From: Candidatus Poribacteria bacterium
Lineage (GTDB): Bacteria > Poribacteria > WGA-4E > WGA-3G
Assembly: GCA_963663765.2 (NCBI GenBank)
Contig: CAXXUA010000004.1
Coordinates: 576,001-640,000, forward strand
Direction: 5' to 3'
Length of the DNA: 64,000 nt
Of the stretch, positions 12,599 to 22,919 are shown piece after piece; position 1 is the first letter of the stretch; each line of letters begins with the position of its first letter. The position numbers were made by a program, and so were the translations under genes. The notes under the pieces were generated by a model. It worked only from the letters and a program-made list of their open reading frames with translations. It was not told the DNA's origin and searched no databases.

Positions 12599-12615
12599 GT
12601 AAGTTATGTACTCTA

Positions 12616-12644
12616 TTGACATCTGTATAGAACTTCTGTATAAT
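12616..12644 (+). promoter_or_regulatory. sigma70 promoter upstream of the GTPase gene
   Basis: Perfect TTGACA-N17-TATAAT. Confidence 0.75.
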
Positions 12645-12807
12645 AATTTAATACAACGTATCTCAAAAATGCGATTTTGTTTAAATTCACAGGAACGTGT
12701 GTCGCGTAAATCGGGGTTAGTAAGCCTTCCAACCATTTTTGAGATTGGTTGTAGGAGAAAAGCACAAAAACGATTGACAGAATATTGACTGTCCTTTGAG
12801 GTGGCAA

Positions 12808-13767
12808 ATGCCAGCAAATCTTCCACCAACATACTATAAACTCAAACATCAGCATGAAGCTGCCAAAACGGATTCGGAGCGGTTGAGTCTGTTAGAAGAG
12901 ATGTTGCGTATTGTTCCGAAACACAAAGGCACTGAAAAGGTAGTATCTGACCTACGCAAACGTATCGCAGTGCTTAAAAAAGGGTCGTTAGGGAAAGGTG
13001 GAAAAGGGGCAGGTAAAAAGGGTTATAGTGAACATATACCAAAACAGGGTGCTGGTCAACTTGTGATGTTAGGACCTCCTAATAGTGGAAAGTCGCATAT
13101 CCTTGCTAACTGGACAAAAGCAAAACCTGAAGTATCCCCTACACCCTATACAACAACGATTCCAGTTGTGGGAATGTTGCCGTATGAGAATATTCAGTTC
13201 CAACTCATTGATACGCCGTCTTTGATGCCAGACTTTATTTTACCAAACGTCTTGACGTTAGTTAGAAATGCGGATTTGTGTTTAGGTGTCGTGAGCCTTG
13301 CCAATGATAATCTGTTAGATGACTTGGACTCGATTTTGACATTGTTCAAGGAGCAAAGAGGAGATGCTGAGGATGGCTCTTTGGGGTATATTGTTGTGGC
13401 AAATCAAATCGACACACCTGGAGCATCTGATAGGTTAGAGATTCTCACTGAGTTTTATGGGGATTCTATGCCTATCTATCCAATTTCAGCAGAAACGGGT
13501 GAAGGCAAAGATGCTATCCTACAAGGCTTATATAAGACATTGGATATTGTGCGTGTCTACCCGAAAGCGCCGGGGAAATCGGTAGAACGTGATGATCCGA
13601 TTGTGCTTCTGAATGGTGCGACGGTGCTTGACGCTGCGATGGGACTACACAAAGATTTTGCGGAGTTCAAGTTTGCGAGGATTTGGGGATCTGCATGGCA
13701 CGACGGTCAACCTGTTAGTCGAAATGATGTAATACATGATGGGGATGTAGTGGAATTTCATTTATAG
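12808..13767 (+). CDS. DRG/OBG-family GTPase with C-terminal TGS domain
   Basis: MPANLPP start, PKHKGTEK, G1 GPPNSGKS, PYTT, C-terminal DGDVVEFH. Confidence 0.88.
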   Translation: MPANLPPTYYKLKHQHEAAKTDSERLSLLEEMLRIVPKHKGTEKVVSDLRKRIAVLKKGSLGKGGKGAGKKGYSEHIPKQGAGQLVMLGPPNSGKSHILANWTKAKPEVSPTPYTTTIPVVGMLPYENIQFQLIDTPSLMPDFILPNVLTLVRNADLCLGVVSLANDNLLDDLDSILTLFKEQRGDAEDGSLGYIVVANQIDTPGASDRLEILTEFYGDSMPIYPISAETGEGKDAILQGLYKTLDIVRVYPKAPGKSVERDDPIVLLNGATVLDAAMGLHKDFAEFKFARIWGSAWHDGQPVSRNDVIHDGDVVEFHL

Positions 13768-13843
13768 ATGTTGTTGTATCAACGTAAGCGATATTATACC
13801 AGTTTACCTAATAGGCAATTTGTGGTCATTAGGTTTGCATATC

Positions 13844-15412
13844 ATGAAATACAAGAAATCTCGACAACCATTTTTGATATATTCAATTCTTTTGCACATT
13901 GTCCTGCTGTTTTGCGTGTGGTTGTTTTCTCCGAGAGAGGAATTACCAGATACGGTACACTTTCCTATCATTGACATTATACCGTTACCGCGTGAAACTG
14001 TCGTGAAGCCGCCAGTTGAAATTGAAGAACCGCTTGTACCTGTTGCGGAAGCAGCTGAACACGAAATAGTGGTAAAAACTCAACCACCACCTAAACCGAG
14101 TGTGGATTTGGATATGGATTGGTCTACGACTGAAAGCAATCCAGTTATTACACGACCACAGAAAAATTTAGCAGGACATAAAAAACCGGATCCTGAATTT
14201 GCAGACACCATTGCCATAAATGGGAATACTAAAGTATCCCAAAATCCGAGAACTCAAACATCAGTCCAAATTGAGCGTCACCATTTTTCAGTAACGTCTA
14301 CTTCTGATGGGACGACTGATGCACCACAAACAGAAATAGTCCCCATCCAGTTTGATTCTGAAGACAGTCCTAAGGGTGTTTCTCCTACCATTGGCACACC
14401 AAGCGTCAACTATGGCAGTCAGCGTGGAGATGCGTTTCATGTAGCAAGCATGAGCAATACTTGGGGTGGTGGGAGTACTCCTTCAAATACTGGCAAAGTC
14501 AGTGATGTCTACATCAAAATGATGACTGAAATTGCGCAAGGTCTGGCTGCTGCAACAAAATCTAAAAAGGTTGATGTCGTATTTATCTTGGACGAAACTG
14601 CGAGTATGGTTGATAATGTACGCGGTATCAGGGCATACATTGAGATCCTGTTTGATGCTTTCAAACGAGAGGGGCGGGATGTGACTTATGGATTGGTGAC
14701 GTTTACGGATAAGGCAAAATATCATGGACGTACTGCCAAACTTGGCACGTTTAAAAATTGGCTATTCAAAATTGATGTAGATAAAGGTGGTGACATCTCT
14801 GAAGCAGGATTAGATGCGTTGATGATGGCACTAAAAAAGAGTAAATTCCGGCGTGATGCACAACGGTTCTTTATCCTTGCGAGTGATGCTGCGTTCCATG
14901 ATGTTGATTATGATGGTAAGTCTGTGTATAGTCTGGACTCGGTGATTTCAACATTGCAGCGTGAAAAGGTGCGCGTGGAAGTCATCGGTATTGACTATTT
15001 GCCGATTAAGCAGATTGCCCTTGCTACGGGTGGTTCTTGGCGTGCAATTCCGGGGAAAGGTTATCTTGAATATACACCACCGTTGACTATGATGACAAAA
15101 ATGTTATCAAAATTGGGGACACTTAGTGGAGACGATAGCAGTGATAAGATCATAGTGCATGTGAACAACTTACCGCGTCCGAAACAGGTGACGTTGACAT
15201 GGAAGGTGCTTAATCCTTTAGGTGAGAAATGTTACGGTCCATTCAAGGAAACAAGAAACGTTCCGAATGATGATTCAACGAAAATAGAACTCACACCTAA
15301 TCTCAATCGCACTGTATTTCAGACTATTCCTGGGACTTATACAGTTATCTATCGTATTGAAAGTGATCGAGGTGAGAAAAGCATACTTCGCAGAACACTC
15401 GCCTATCAGTAA
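13844..15412 (+). CDS. Membrane-anchored vWA-domain protein
   Basis: SILLH TM segment, Pro-rich linker, MIDAS-like DVVFILDETASM and SDAAFH. Confidence 0.85.
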   Translation: MKYKKSRQPFLIYSILLHIVLLFCVWLFSPREELPDTVHFPIIDIIPLPRETVVKPPVEIEEPLVPVAEAAEHEIVVKTQPPPKPSVDLDMDWSTTESNPVITRPQKNLAGHKKPDPEFADTIAINGNTKVSQNPRTQTSVQIERHHFSVTSTSDGTTDAPQTEIVPIQFDSEDSPKGVSPTIGTPSVNYGSQRGDAFHVASMSNTWGGGSTPSNTGKVSDVYIKMMTEIAQGLAAATKSKKVDVVFILDETASMVDNVRGIRAYIEILFDAFKREGRDVTYGLVTFTDKAKYHGRTAKLGTFKNWLFKIDVDKGGDISEAGLDALMMALKKSKFRRDAQRFFILASDAAFHDVDYDGKSVYSLDSVISTLQREKVRVEVIGIDYLPIKQIALATGGSWRAIPGKGYLEYTPPLTMMTKMLSKLGTLSGDDSSDKIIVHVNNLPRPKQVTLTWKVLNPLGEKCYGPFKETRNVPNDDSTKIELTPNLNRTVFQTIPGTYTVIYRIESDRGEKSILRRTLAYQ

Positions 15413-15437
15413 CAGAGAATTGGAGCAATAGAGAGTA

Positions 15438-16607
15438 ATGAAAGATCTGATTTTTGAACATTGTCATCGTCATTTCACTGACATCGTTGCGATTCGTCGG
15501 GATATACATCGGCATCCTGAACTTGAGTTTGATGTGGAACGCACAGCAGGGATTGCTGCAGATTCGTTAGCTGCTCTTGGCATACCTGTTAAGACAGGAA
15601 TTGGCAGAACTGGCGTTGTGGGTGATCTGGAGGTATCTGGTGCGACAAAACGGATTGCTCTAAGAGCAGATATGGACGCGTTACCTATTCAGGAACAGAC
15701 AGATGTTCCCTATAAATCGATGTTTGATGGAAAAGCACATTTGTGCGGACACGATGCACACACTGCAATGCTCATCGGTACCGCAAGAATACTATCCGAA
15801 CTGAAAAGCCAACTGAAGGTTAATATCAGGTTTATCTTTCAACCTTGTGAAGAGGCATATCCTGGTGGTGCAGCAGCAATGATAGCCGATGACGTGCTGG
15901 AAGGTGTTGATGAAATCTACGGTATTCATGTCTTTCCGCTGTATCCTGTTGGGAAGTATGCGACTTGCGCTGGACCGATGCTTGCACAATCGGATACGTT
16001 TGAAATCACGATTACGGGACGAGGCGGTCATGCTGCATTTCCCCACCTGACTGTAGACCCTATCATCGTTGGGTCGCAGTTTGTCAACGCTGCTCAATCT
16101 GTGGTGTCAAGAAATGTGAACCCGTTGGACTCGGCAGTTGTCAGCATAACGCAGTTTCACGGTGGTGATGCAAAGAACGTTATTCCTCCCTCTGTAACAC
16201 TGGCGGGTACTGTCCGAACTTTAGACCCAAAGGTGCAGATGCATGTTAGGACTCAGTTGGAGAACATACTCGCTGGAATAGCGAAGGCGCATGACGCACA
16301 ATACACGTTTGCTTATCAGGAAGGATGTCCTGTGACTTACAACCATGAACCGTGTGTTGATATAGTTTTACGTTCAACTCACGAATTAGTGGGAGAGGAG
16401 AATGTGGATTATCCTATTTCACCGGTACTTGGTGGAGAAGATTTCGCATTTTATTCACAGCAGATCCCAGCATGTTTTGTCATGGTCGGTGCTGGCAATG
16501 AACAGAAAGGTATTATCAATATGTGTCATCATCCACAGTTTGATATTGATGAAACGTGTATGATTTACGGTATGGCACTCACGACGAGTCTGGGTTTAAT
16601 GGCGTAA
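15438..16607 (+). CDS. M20 family amidohydrolase
   Basis: HRHPEL, LRADMDALP, HLCGHDAH, FQPCEE, GEDF, HHPQF. Confidence 0.95.
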   Translation: MKDLIFEHCHRHFTDIVAIRRDIHRHPELEFDVERTAGIAADSLAALGIPVKTGIGRTGVVGDLEVSGATKRIALRADMDALPIQEQTDVPYKSMFDGKAHLCGHDAHTAMLIGTARILSELKSQLKVNIRFIFQPCEEAYPGGAAAMIADDVLEGVDEIYGIHVFPLYPVGKYATCAGPMLAQSDTFEITITGRGGHAAFPHLTVDPIIVGSQFVNAAQSVVSRNVNPLDSAVVSITQFHGGDAKNVIPPSVTLAGTVRTLDPKVQMHVRTQLENILAGIAKAHDAQYTFAYQEGCPVTYNHEPCVDIVLRSTHELVGEENVDYPISPVLGGEDFAFYSQQIPACFVMVGAGNEQKGIINMCHHPQFDIDETCMIYGMALTTSLGLMA

Positions 16608-16693
16608 TTATGGTGGTTGTGGTGTGTAATTATCAAGTAGCAAATTACAAAAACGAATTACAGTATGGACCGAACAGTAGAATGGAGAATTAA

Positions 16694-18994
16694 ATGTATA
16701 AATCAATCGCAGCATGGAAACGAATTGTAATCTCAGCACAAATATTGATCTTACTCCTATTTGTTGGAATTGATGTTTTTGCACAGGAGCAACCTAACAA
16801 TACGCAAACACAACAGGAGAGAATCCAAACTATAAGAGATATTCAAGCTGCAAACGATAACTATTATGAAAGACGTTATGCTGAAGCGATCAAGGCATAT
16901 CAAGCACTACTCAAAAAAGAAATTACACAGAACCAAAAGGATTCCATGCGGTTGATGCTTGGACAAAGTTATGCAAAACTCGGTGAAGATAAGGAAGCAA
17001 GAAGCATTTTAAAGGAAATTGTTGATGAAAATCCTGATGGTTCTTATGCGTCTCAAGCAGTGCATCAACTGTCAAACCTTTATAGTATGCGTTACAAGTA
17101 TAAAGAGGCGATTATTCTATGCAAACAGATACAACAACAACATCCGAAAAGTTCTGCGGCTGCGGTTGCAGCGTATCTCACAGCGTATCATCAATACTTA
17201 GATGGGAACTCTGAAGATGCGATCACAAGTTATAAGCATTTTCTTGATGAATATCCTACTTCCATTTATCGTTCTGCGGCAGTGAGTGGTCTTGTTCGTC
17301 TTTATACGCGAAATCAACAGTTCGCTGAAGCGGAAAAACTGATTAAGGAAAGGGTAAAACTAAATCCATCTGATACCACACTTTTAGAGGAATTGGCTAC
17401 CCTTTACCATCAACAGGGACAATCTCAGAAAGCACTTGAACTCTATGTAAGTGTGCTTGAAAAGAATCCTGCAAATACATCCATGCGTAGAAAACTTGGC
17501 AATCTCTATGCGGAACTTGGTAAGAAAGAACAGGCGATAGCAGAATGGAAAAAATCGGTTATAGGAAGCACGAGTCAATATCAGCAACTGGGTTCAATTT
17601 ACCTTTCACACAAGATGTATCCCGAAGCGGTAAAGGCGTTTCAACAAGCGATAGGAGCAAATCCAAGTTATTCCTACCTGTATATCCAGTTAGCATCAGT
17701 CTATAATATTCAGGGTGATATAGATAAAGCTGCGTCGACCTACCTTGATGGCTTACAGAGTGTTGGTCCCAGTGCAAGTCAACGGGACGCAATCTGGCAA
17801 GCTGTTCTTGAGATTTATGAAGGGGATAGACAGAAACCACTTAGAGAGAAGTTAATAGCTCAATACGAAAAGGTGTATCAGTCTTCGCCAAGAAACCTCA
17901 ATAACGCTTTGACGTTAGGTGAACTCTATTTCTATGCAGATCAACATGATAAAGCACTTCAAACATTTACTCAAACCCACCGAATTTATTCTACTTACGT
18001 GGATGCAACGTTGAAGAGATGTGCGAATTATTTACAACGCAAACAGCATCCTGCTGCGATTGACTTTTACAAGACACTGTTGCAGCTTTCAAGAAATAAC
18101 AGATATCTTTCCGAAGCAAGATATGCACTTGCAAGCATTTACGAAAACACAGAACAGTGGGAGGAAGCTGCTGAAGTCTTGAAGGAGATGAACAAAAACA
18201 GTACTACTTCTATTAACGGTCAAGTTTTACTTGCACAGATTCAGTTGCATGGTCTTCATGATCCAAAAGCTGCACAGATGACACTTCAACCTCTAATTGA
18301 CAGAAAGGTTTTATCTACTCAACACATAGAGTCCCAATTGGTTCTCGGTGAATGCCATCTACTCCTAAAGAGATATACGGTTGCGCGGCAAGTCTTAACA
18401 CCGATAGCAGACAGCAATGGTTGGTCAAGTGCATCAGCTTTTAAACTCATTGGAGACACATACTTTTTTGCCTCCGAATTTGATAATGCGACAGCAGAAT
18501 ATCGAAAGGTTCTAAGTGTCTCAACATCAGACAAACTCACGAATGATGCGCTTGAACAAATAGTGTTAATCCAAAGCAATACCGACTTTCTTACGATTCC
18601 ACTAACCGATTACGCAAACGCGCTTCAGCTGCACTTGAGTGGTAGCTCAAAGGCAGCGATCACGCAGTGTGAGGATACGATCTCACTCTATCCAAATGCA
18701 ATGGTCGTTGATGATTTGTGGATGCTTTTGGGATCCATATATATCTCACAGAAGGCTTATGGAGATGCAATTCATTCATATAAGCAGGTGGTTGCGCAGG
18801 AGAGTTCGTTAGCTGCTGAGGCTCTTACACAAATCGCTGACATATACAACAAGAAGAAAGATTATAAGAATGCAGCGGATACCTACACAACGCTACTGAC
18901 GACTTATCCTGACAATAGTATTGTTCCGCATGTCCGTCAGCAGTTGGACAAAATTACGAAGTTGATGGATACTACAAATCACAATTCTCCTTAA
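16694..18994 (+). CDS. Secreted tetratricopeptide-repeat protein
   Basis: Signal peptide and many TPR-like helical repeats. Confidence 0.88.
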   Translation: MYKSIAAWKRIVISAQILILLLFVGIDVFAQEQPNNTQTQQERIQTIRDIQAANDNYYERRYAEAIKAYQALLKKEITQNQKDSMRLMLGQSYAKLGEDKEARSILKEIVDENPDGSYASQAVHQLSNLYSMRYKYKEAIILCKQIQQQHPKSSAAAVAAYLTAYHQYLDGNSEDAITSYKHFLDEYPTSIYRSAAVSGLVRLYTRNQQFAEAEKLIKERVKLNPSDTTLLEELATLYHQQGQSQKALELYVSVLEKNPANTSMRRKLGNLYAELGKKEQAIAEWKKSVIGSTSQYQQLGSIYLSHKMYPEAVKAFQQAIGANPSYSYLYIQLASVYNIQGDIDKAASTYLDGLQSVGPSASQRDAIWQAVLEIYEGDRQKPLREKLIAQYEKVYQSSPRNLNNALTLGELYFYADQHDKALQTFTQTHRIYSTYVDATLKRCANYLQRKQHPAAIDFYKTLLQLSRNNRYLSEARYALASIYENTEQWEEAAEVLKEMNKNSTTSINGQVLLAQIQLHGLHDPKAAQMTLQPLIDRKVLSTQHIESQLVLGECHLLLKRYTVARQVLTPIADSNGWSSASAFKLIGDTYFFASEFDNATAEYRKVLSVSTSDKLTNDALEQIVLIQSNTDFLTIPLTDYANALQLHLSGSSKAAITQCEDTISLYPNAMVVDDLWMLLGSIYISQKAYGDAIHSYKQVVAQESSLAAEALTQIADIYNKKKDYKNAADTYTTLLTTYPDNSIVPHVRQQLDKITKLMDTTNHNSP

Positions 18995-18999
18995 TTGAA

Positions 19000-20080
19000 C
19001 AGGACTTACGGAGTTTTCTTGATTTATGAAGATTAATAAATGAATTAGGTAATTCTAAACCCTCCATGGTAGGCGTGCTTTGTAAGCGCGCTGTTGAGAC
19101 TTGATCTGCCAGTGCGCTTACAAAGCACCAAATCAAGAAATCAACGGTATGAATGCTATAAAGCATTCCCCGGGTATGAATACCATTTAGACATTCCCCG
19201 CCTACCGTTTTTGCTTAAGTCCTGATGAAGAAATAAGATGAAAATGATGTAATTATCAGCGTTTTTTATGGGTTTCCGGCGCGCTTACAAAGCACGCCTA
19301 CCGTTTTTGCTTAAGTCCTGATGAAGAAATAAGATGAAAATGATGTAATTATCAGCGTTTTTATGGGTTTCCGGCGCGCTTACAAAGCACGCCTACCGTT
19401 TTTGCTTAAGTCCTGATGAAGAAATAAGATGAAAATGATGTAATTATCAGCGTTTTTATGGGTTTCCGGCGCGCTTACAAAGCACGCCTACCGTTATTGC
19501 TTAAGTCCTGATGAAGAAATAAGATGAAAATGATGCCATTATCAGCGTTTTTATGGGTTTCCGGCGCGCTTACAAAGCACGCCTACCGTTATTGCTTAAG
19601 TCCTGATGAAGAAATAAGACGAAAATGATGCCATTATCAGCATTTTTATGGGTTTCCAGCGCGCTTACAAAGCACGCCTACCGTTTTTGCTTAAGTCCTG
19701 ATGAAGAAATAAGATGAAAATGATGTAATTATCGGCGTTTTTATGGGTTTCCGGCGCGCTTACAAAGCACGCCTACCGTTTTTGCTTAAGTCCTGATGAA
19801 GAAATAAGATGAAAATGATGCCATTATCAGCATTTTTATGGGTTTCCGGCGCGCTTACAAAGCACGCCTACCGTTTTTGCTTAAGTCCTGATGAAGAAAT
19901 AAGATGAAAATGATGCCATTATCGGCGTTTTTATGGGTTTCCGGCGGGCTTACAAAGCACGCCTACCGTTTTTGCTTAAGTCCTGATGAAGAAATAAGAT
20001 GAAAATGATGCCATTATCAGCGTTTTTATGGGTTTCCGGCGGGCTTACAAAGCACGCCTACCGTTTTTGCTTAAGTCCTG
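19000..20080. mobile_element. CAGGACTTACG-type MITE whose right part is amplified as 9 tandem 95-bp units (19225-20080)
   Basis: Left TIR at 19000; each unit ends GCTTAAGTCCTG and carries REP GCGCGCTTACAAAGCACGCCTAC; the whole structure is flanked by ATTGAA (18994-18999 and 20081-20086). Confidence 0.9.
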
Positions 20081-20108
20081 ATTGAATTCACCTTATTATA
20101 TTTTCAAA

Positions 20109-21773
20109 ATGGAATATCCTCAATATCTGTTACTTACCTACTTACTACTGTCCTCATGTCTTTTGCCATTAGATGCAGAGGAGACAAATATTCATTTTAT
20201 TGATCATACAGAAGCAGCAGGAATCAGCTTTAGACACGTCAACGGTGTGTCTAAACATAGGTATTTGCCAGAGACGATGGGAGCGGGTTGCCTCTTTTTT
20301 GATTACGACAATGACGGTCACCTTGATATCTATCTTGTCAACAGTGGGACTTCTTGTGAGGACGTGTCTCGTTCCCGAACGCAACCTAACGAGATTGACG
20401 TTCTTTATCGCAACAATGGTGATGGCACTTACACTGATGTTACTGCAAAAGCTGGAATTCGAGAGAATCTCGGATACGGCATGGGATGTCTTGCTGCTGA
20501 TTACGACAATGATGGCGATGCCGACCTATATCTCACCAATTATGGCAGAAATCAGCTTTATCGCAACAATGGTGATGGCACTTTTACTGATGTTACATCT
20601 ATAGCGGGTGTAGGGGATTCCCACTGGAGCGTCAGCTCTTCTTTCGGTGATTACAATTTGGATGGATACTTAGATCTGTATGTGGTGAATTATCTTGACT
20701 ATCAGGTTGAAACGGCACATGCGTGTTGGCTTGAAGGTATTCATATTTACTGCGGTCCACACGAATACCCAGGTGCACAGGATACACTATACCGCAACAA
20801 TGGGGATGGCACTTTCACTGATGTCACTACTCGTTCAGGTGTGCGTAATACTGGAAAGGGTTTAGGCGTCTTGTTCACAGATTACAATAACGATGGATTA
20901 CCGGATATTTTTGTTGCTAATGATGCAGTTCAGGATTACCTTTTTCGTAACAATGGTGATGGCACTTTTGCAGATGATGCAGTAACAGCAGGGGTTGCAT
21001 TTAATTCGGAAGGCCGCGCAACTGCAAGCATGGGAATCGCAAATGGTGATTACGATAATGATGGCATTCCAGACCTATTTATTACAAACTTTTCTATGGA
21101 AGTCAACAGCCTTTTTCACAATGATGGTGATGGTTTCTTTACAATGACAACTTTTGAAACAGGTCTTGCTGAACCCAGTTTTTCGCAACTCGGTTTTGGA
21201 ACACAGTTTCTTGATGCTGATAATGATGGGTATTTAGACATTTTCGTTGCGAATGGACATGTGTGGGATAATGTCGCCCAAATCACTCCTTCCCTTTCCT
21301 ACAAACAGAAATGTCAGTTTTTTCATAATAAAGGTACTGGAAGTTTCAATGATGTGTCCGAGTCTGTAGGGATGTTCTTTGCACGTCCAGTTGTGGCTCG
21401 AGGCACTGCTATTGGTGATTACGATAACGATGGAGACGTGGATATTCTGGTATCATGTTGTGGTGGGAGTCCTATGCTTCTAAGAAACGATTCACATACA
21501 ACGAATCATTGGCTGAAAATCCGATTGGTTGGTACTTCAAGCAACCGCGATGGAATTGGAACGAAAGTGAAAGTGAAAATCGCCGATAAGGTGCAGGTCA
21601 AAGAAGTTACTTGCGGTGGTAGTTATGCATCTGGAAGCGAACATTCCGTTCTTTTTGGACTTGGAGCACAATCAACAGTACAATCAGTTGAAATCCAATG
21701 GTTAGGAGGAGGGATCCAAAAACTAAAGAACATCCCAGCGAATCAAGTTATCCGAATTAAAGAAAATCAATAA
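20109..21773 (+). CDS. CRTAC1-family protein (FG-GAP repeats plus ASPIC/UnbV domain)
   Basis: Repeated DYDNDG.. and LYRNNGDGTF motifs; SNRDGIG; start assigned to ATG 20109. Confidence 0.92.
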   Translation: MEYPQYLLLTYLLLSSCLLPLDAEETNIHFIDHTEAAGISFRHVNGVSKHRYLPETMGAGCLFFDYDNDGHLDIYLVNSGTSCEDVSRSRTQPNEIDVLYRNNGDGTYTDVTAKAGIRENLGYGMGCLAADYDNDGDADLYLTNYGRNQLYRNNGDGTFTDVTSIAGVGDSHWSVSSSFGDYNLDGYLDLYVVNYLDYQVETAHACWLEGIHIYCGPHEYPGAQDTLYRNNGDGTFTDVTTRSGVRNTGKGLGVLFTDYNNDGLPDIFVANDAVQDYLFRNNGDGTFADDAVTAGVAFNSEGRATASMGIANGDYDNDGIPDLFITNFSMEVNSLFHNDGDGFFTMTTFETGLAEPSFSQLGFGTQFLDADNDGYLDIFVANGHVWDNVAQITPSLSYKQKCQFFHNKGTGSFNDVSESVGMFFARPVVARGTAIGDYDNDGDVDILVSCCGGSPMLLRNDSHTTNHWLKIRLVGTSSNRDGIGTKVKVKIADKVQVKEVTCGGSYASGSEHSVLFGLGAQSTVQSVEIQWLGGGIQKLKNIPANQVIRIKENQ

Positions 21774-21829
21774 TTATCCCTGATTCTCTGGTATATTATT
21801 ATTATTGGTTTTGTGAAAGTCATTTTGTG

Positions 21830-21858
21830 TTGACAAACGTGTTTAAATATTTTATTAT
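21830..21858 (+). promoter_or_regulatory. Putative sigma70 promoter
   Basis: TTGACA-N17-TATTAT followed by AAGGAGG RBS. Confidence 0.6.
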
Positions 21859-21878
21859 TAAAAACAAGGAGGTATAAT

Positions 21879-22646
21879 ATGAAAAGTTTAAAATATTGGA
21901 AAACTGTTAGTTACTGTTTAGTTTTGTGTATATTTACAGTCATGTCCGTAGGTATGGGTACTGTGCAAGCTGAAGTCTACTTTGGTGATCCATTTGAAGG
22001 TGGTGAACTGCAGAACCCAAATTGGAATTGGCAAAACGAACCACCTAATTGGGATCTCAGCAGTACACGCGATGGATTCCTTTACATGCAAGTTGACGAT
22101 ACAAGTAGGAATTTATGGGCTGACGATGGAACTCATCTTCTATATCAGGAAATTGATGTTGATGTGTTTGATGTTGAAACCCATTTCTTCGCCAGATGGG
22201 ATGCAAATTCTGGTGTTAGTGGAATTGTAGTAAAAAGTCCTGCTGATAATAACTGGGTAACTGTCAAGTTTTGGTCTCGTGATGCTAATGCCAGAGGTCA
22301 GATACAGTATCAAACAAAACAGAATGATAGCGGGAACGGTTTAACTGGAAACGCAGGATTTCAACCTGAGTATAGCAATACAGAACTTTTTCTACGTCTC
22401 AGGAAAAATGGTGATGAGTACACCTCATGGTATAAAACCGAAGAAGCGGCTGATTGGATTGAGATTGGCATTACCACTTTTGCTTTAACACCCCCGTTGT
22501 GGCTTGGAATTTATGTCGGAGATACAGATCTCAATGGTGGTCTTGAGGTAGAATACGAATATTTCAAGGACAATCTAAACGCTACTGATGTAGAACCTGA
22601 AGGTAAGGTTGCAACGACATGGGGTAAAGTAAAATCCCGTTATTAA
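21879..22646 (+). CDS. Secreted ConA-like/DUF1349-type beta-sandwich protein with C-terminal VEP-GK-TTWG motif
   Basis: Signal peptide; LRLRKNGDEYTSWY; ends VEPEGKVATTWGKVKSRY. Confidence 0.8.
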   Translation: MKSLKYWKTVSYCLVLCIFTVMSVGMGTVQAEVYFGDPFEGGELQNPNWNWQNEPPNWDLSSTRDGFLYMQVDDTSRNLWADDGTHLLYQEIDVDVFDVETHFFARWDANSGVSGIVVKSPADNNWVTVKFWSRDANARGQIQYQTKQNDSGNGLTGNAGFQPEYSNTELFLRLRKNGDEYTSWYKTEEAADWIEIGITTFALTPPLWLGIYVGDTDLNGGLEVEYEYFKDNLNATDVEPEGKVATTWGKVKSRY

Positions 22647-22919
22647 TTTGATAGTAGTTGTATCTTGATTAGATACCCTATAGAAGTCAAATTATAGAGT
22701 ATAACCTCTTGTGGAAGGGGTTTCTAACCCCTTCCACAAGAGAAACTCCAACATATTTTAAAATTGACACCTATGTAGTTCCTATTGGATACCACTACTC
22801 ATAAGGTTTTTTAAGAGTGCGAAATTATCAACAACGATTTTTGCAGACATATTTTTTATGTATGAAAAACACATCGTTATATTCATTAAGTTCATATTAG
22901 GTAGAAATTGGAGAAAATA

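Noticed and set aside
12690-12770. Riboswitch or ncRNA in the GTPase leader
   Set aside because: The hairpin resembles a degenerate TCGGGGTTAGAAACCCCTCCCAC REP; no known aptamer recognised
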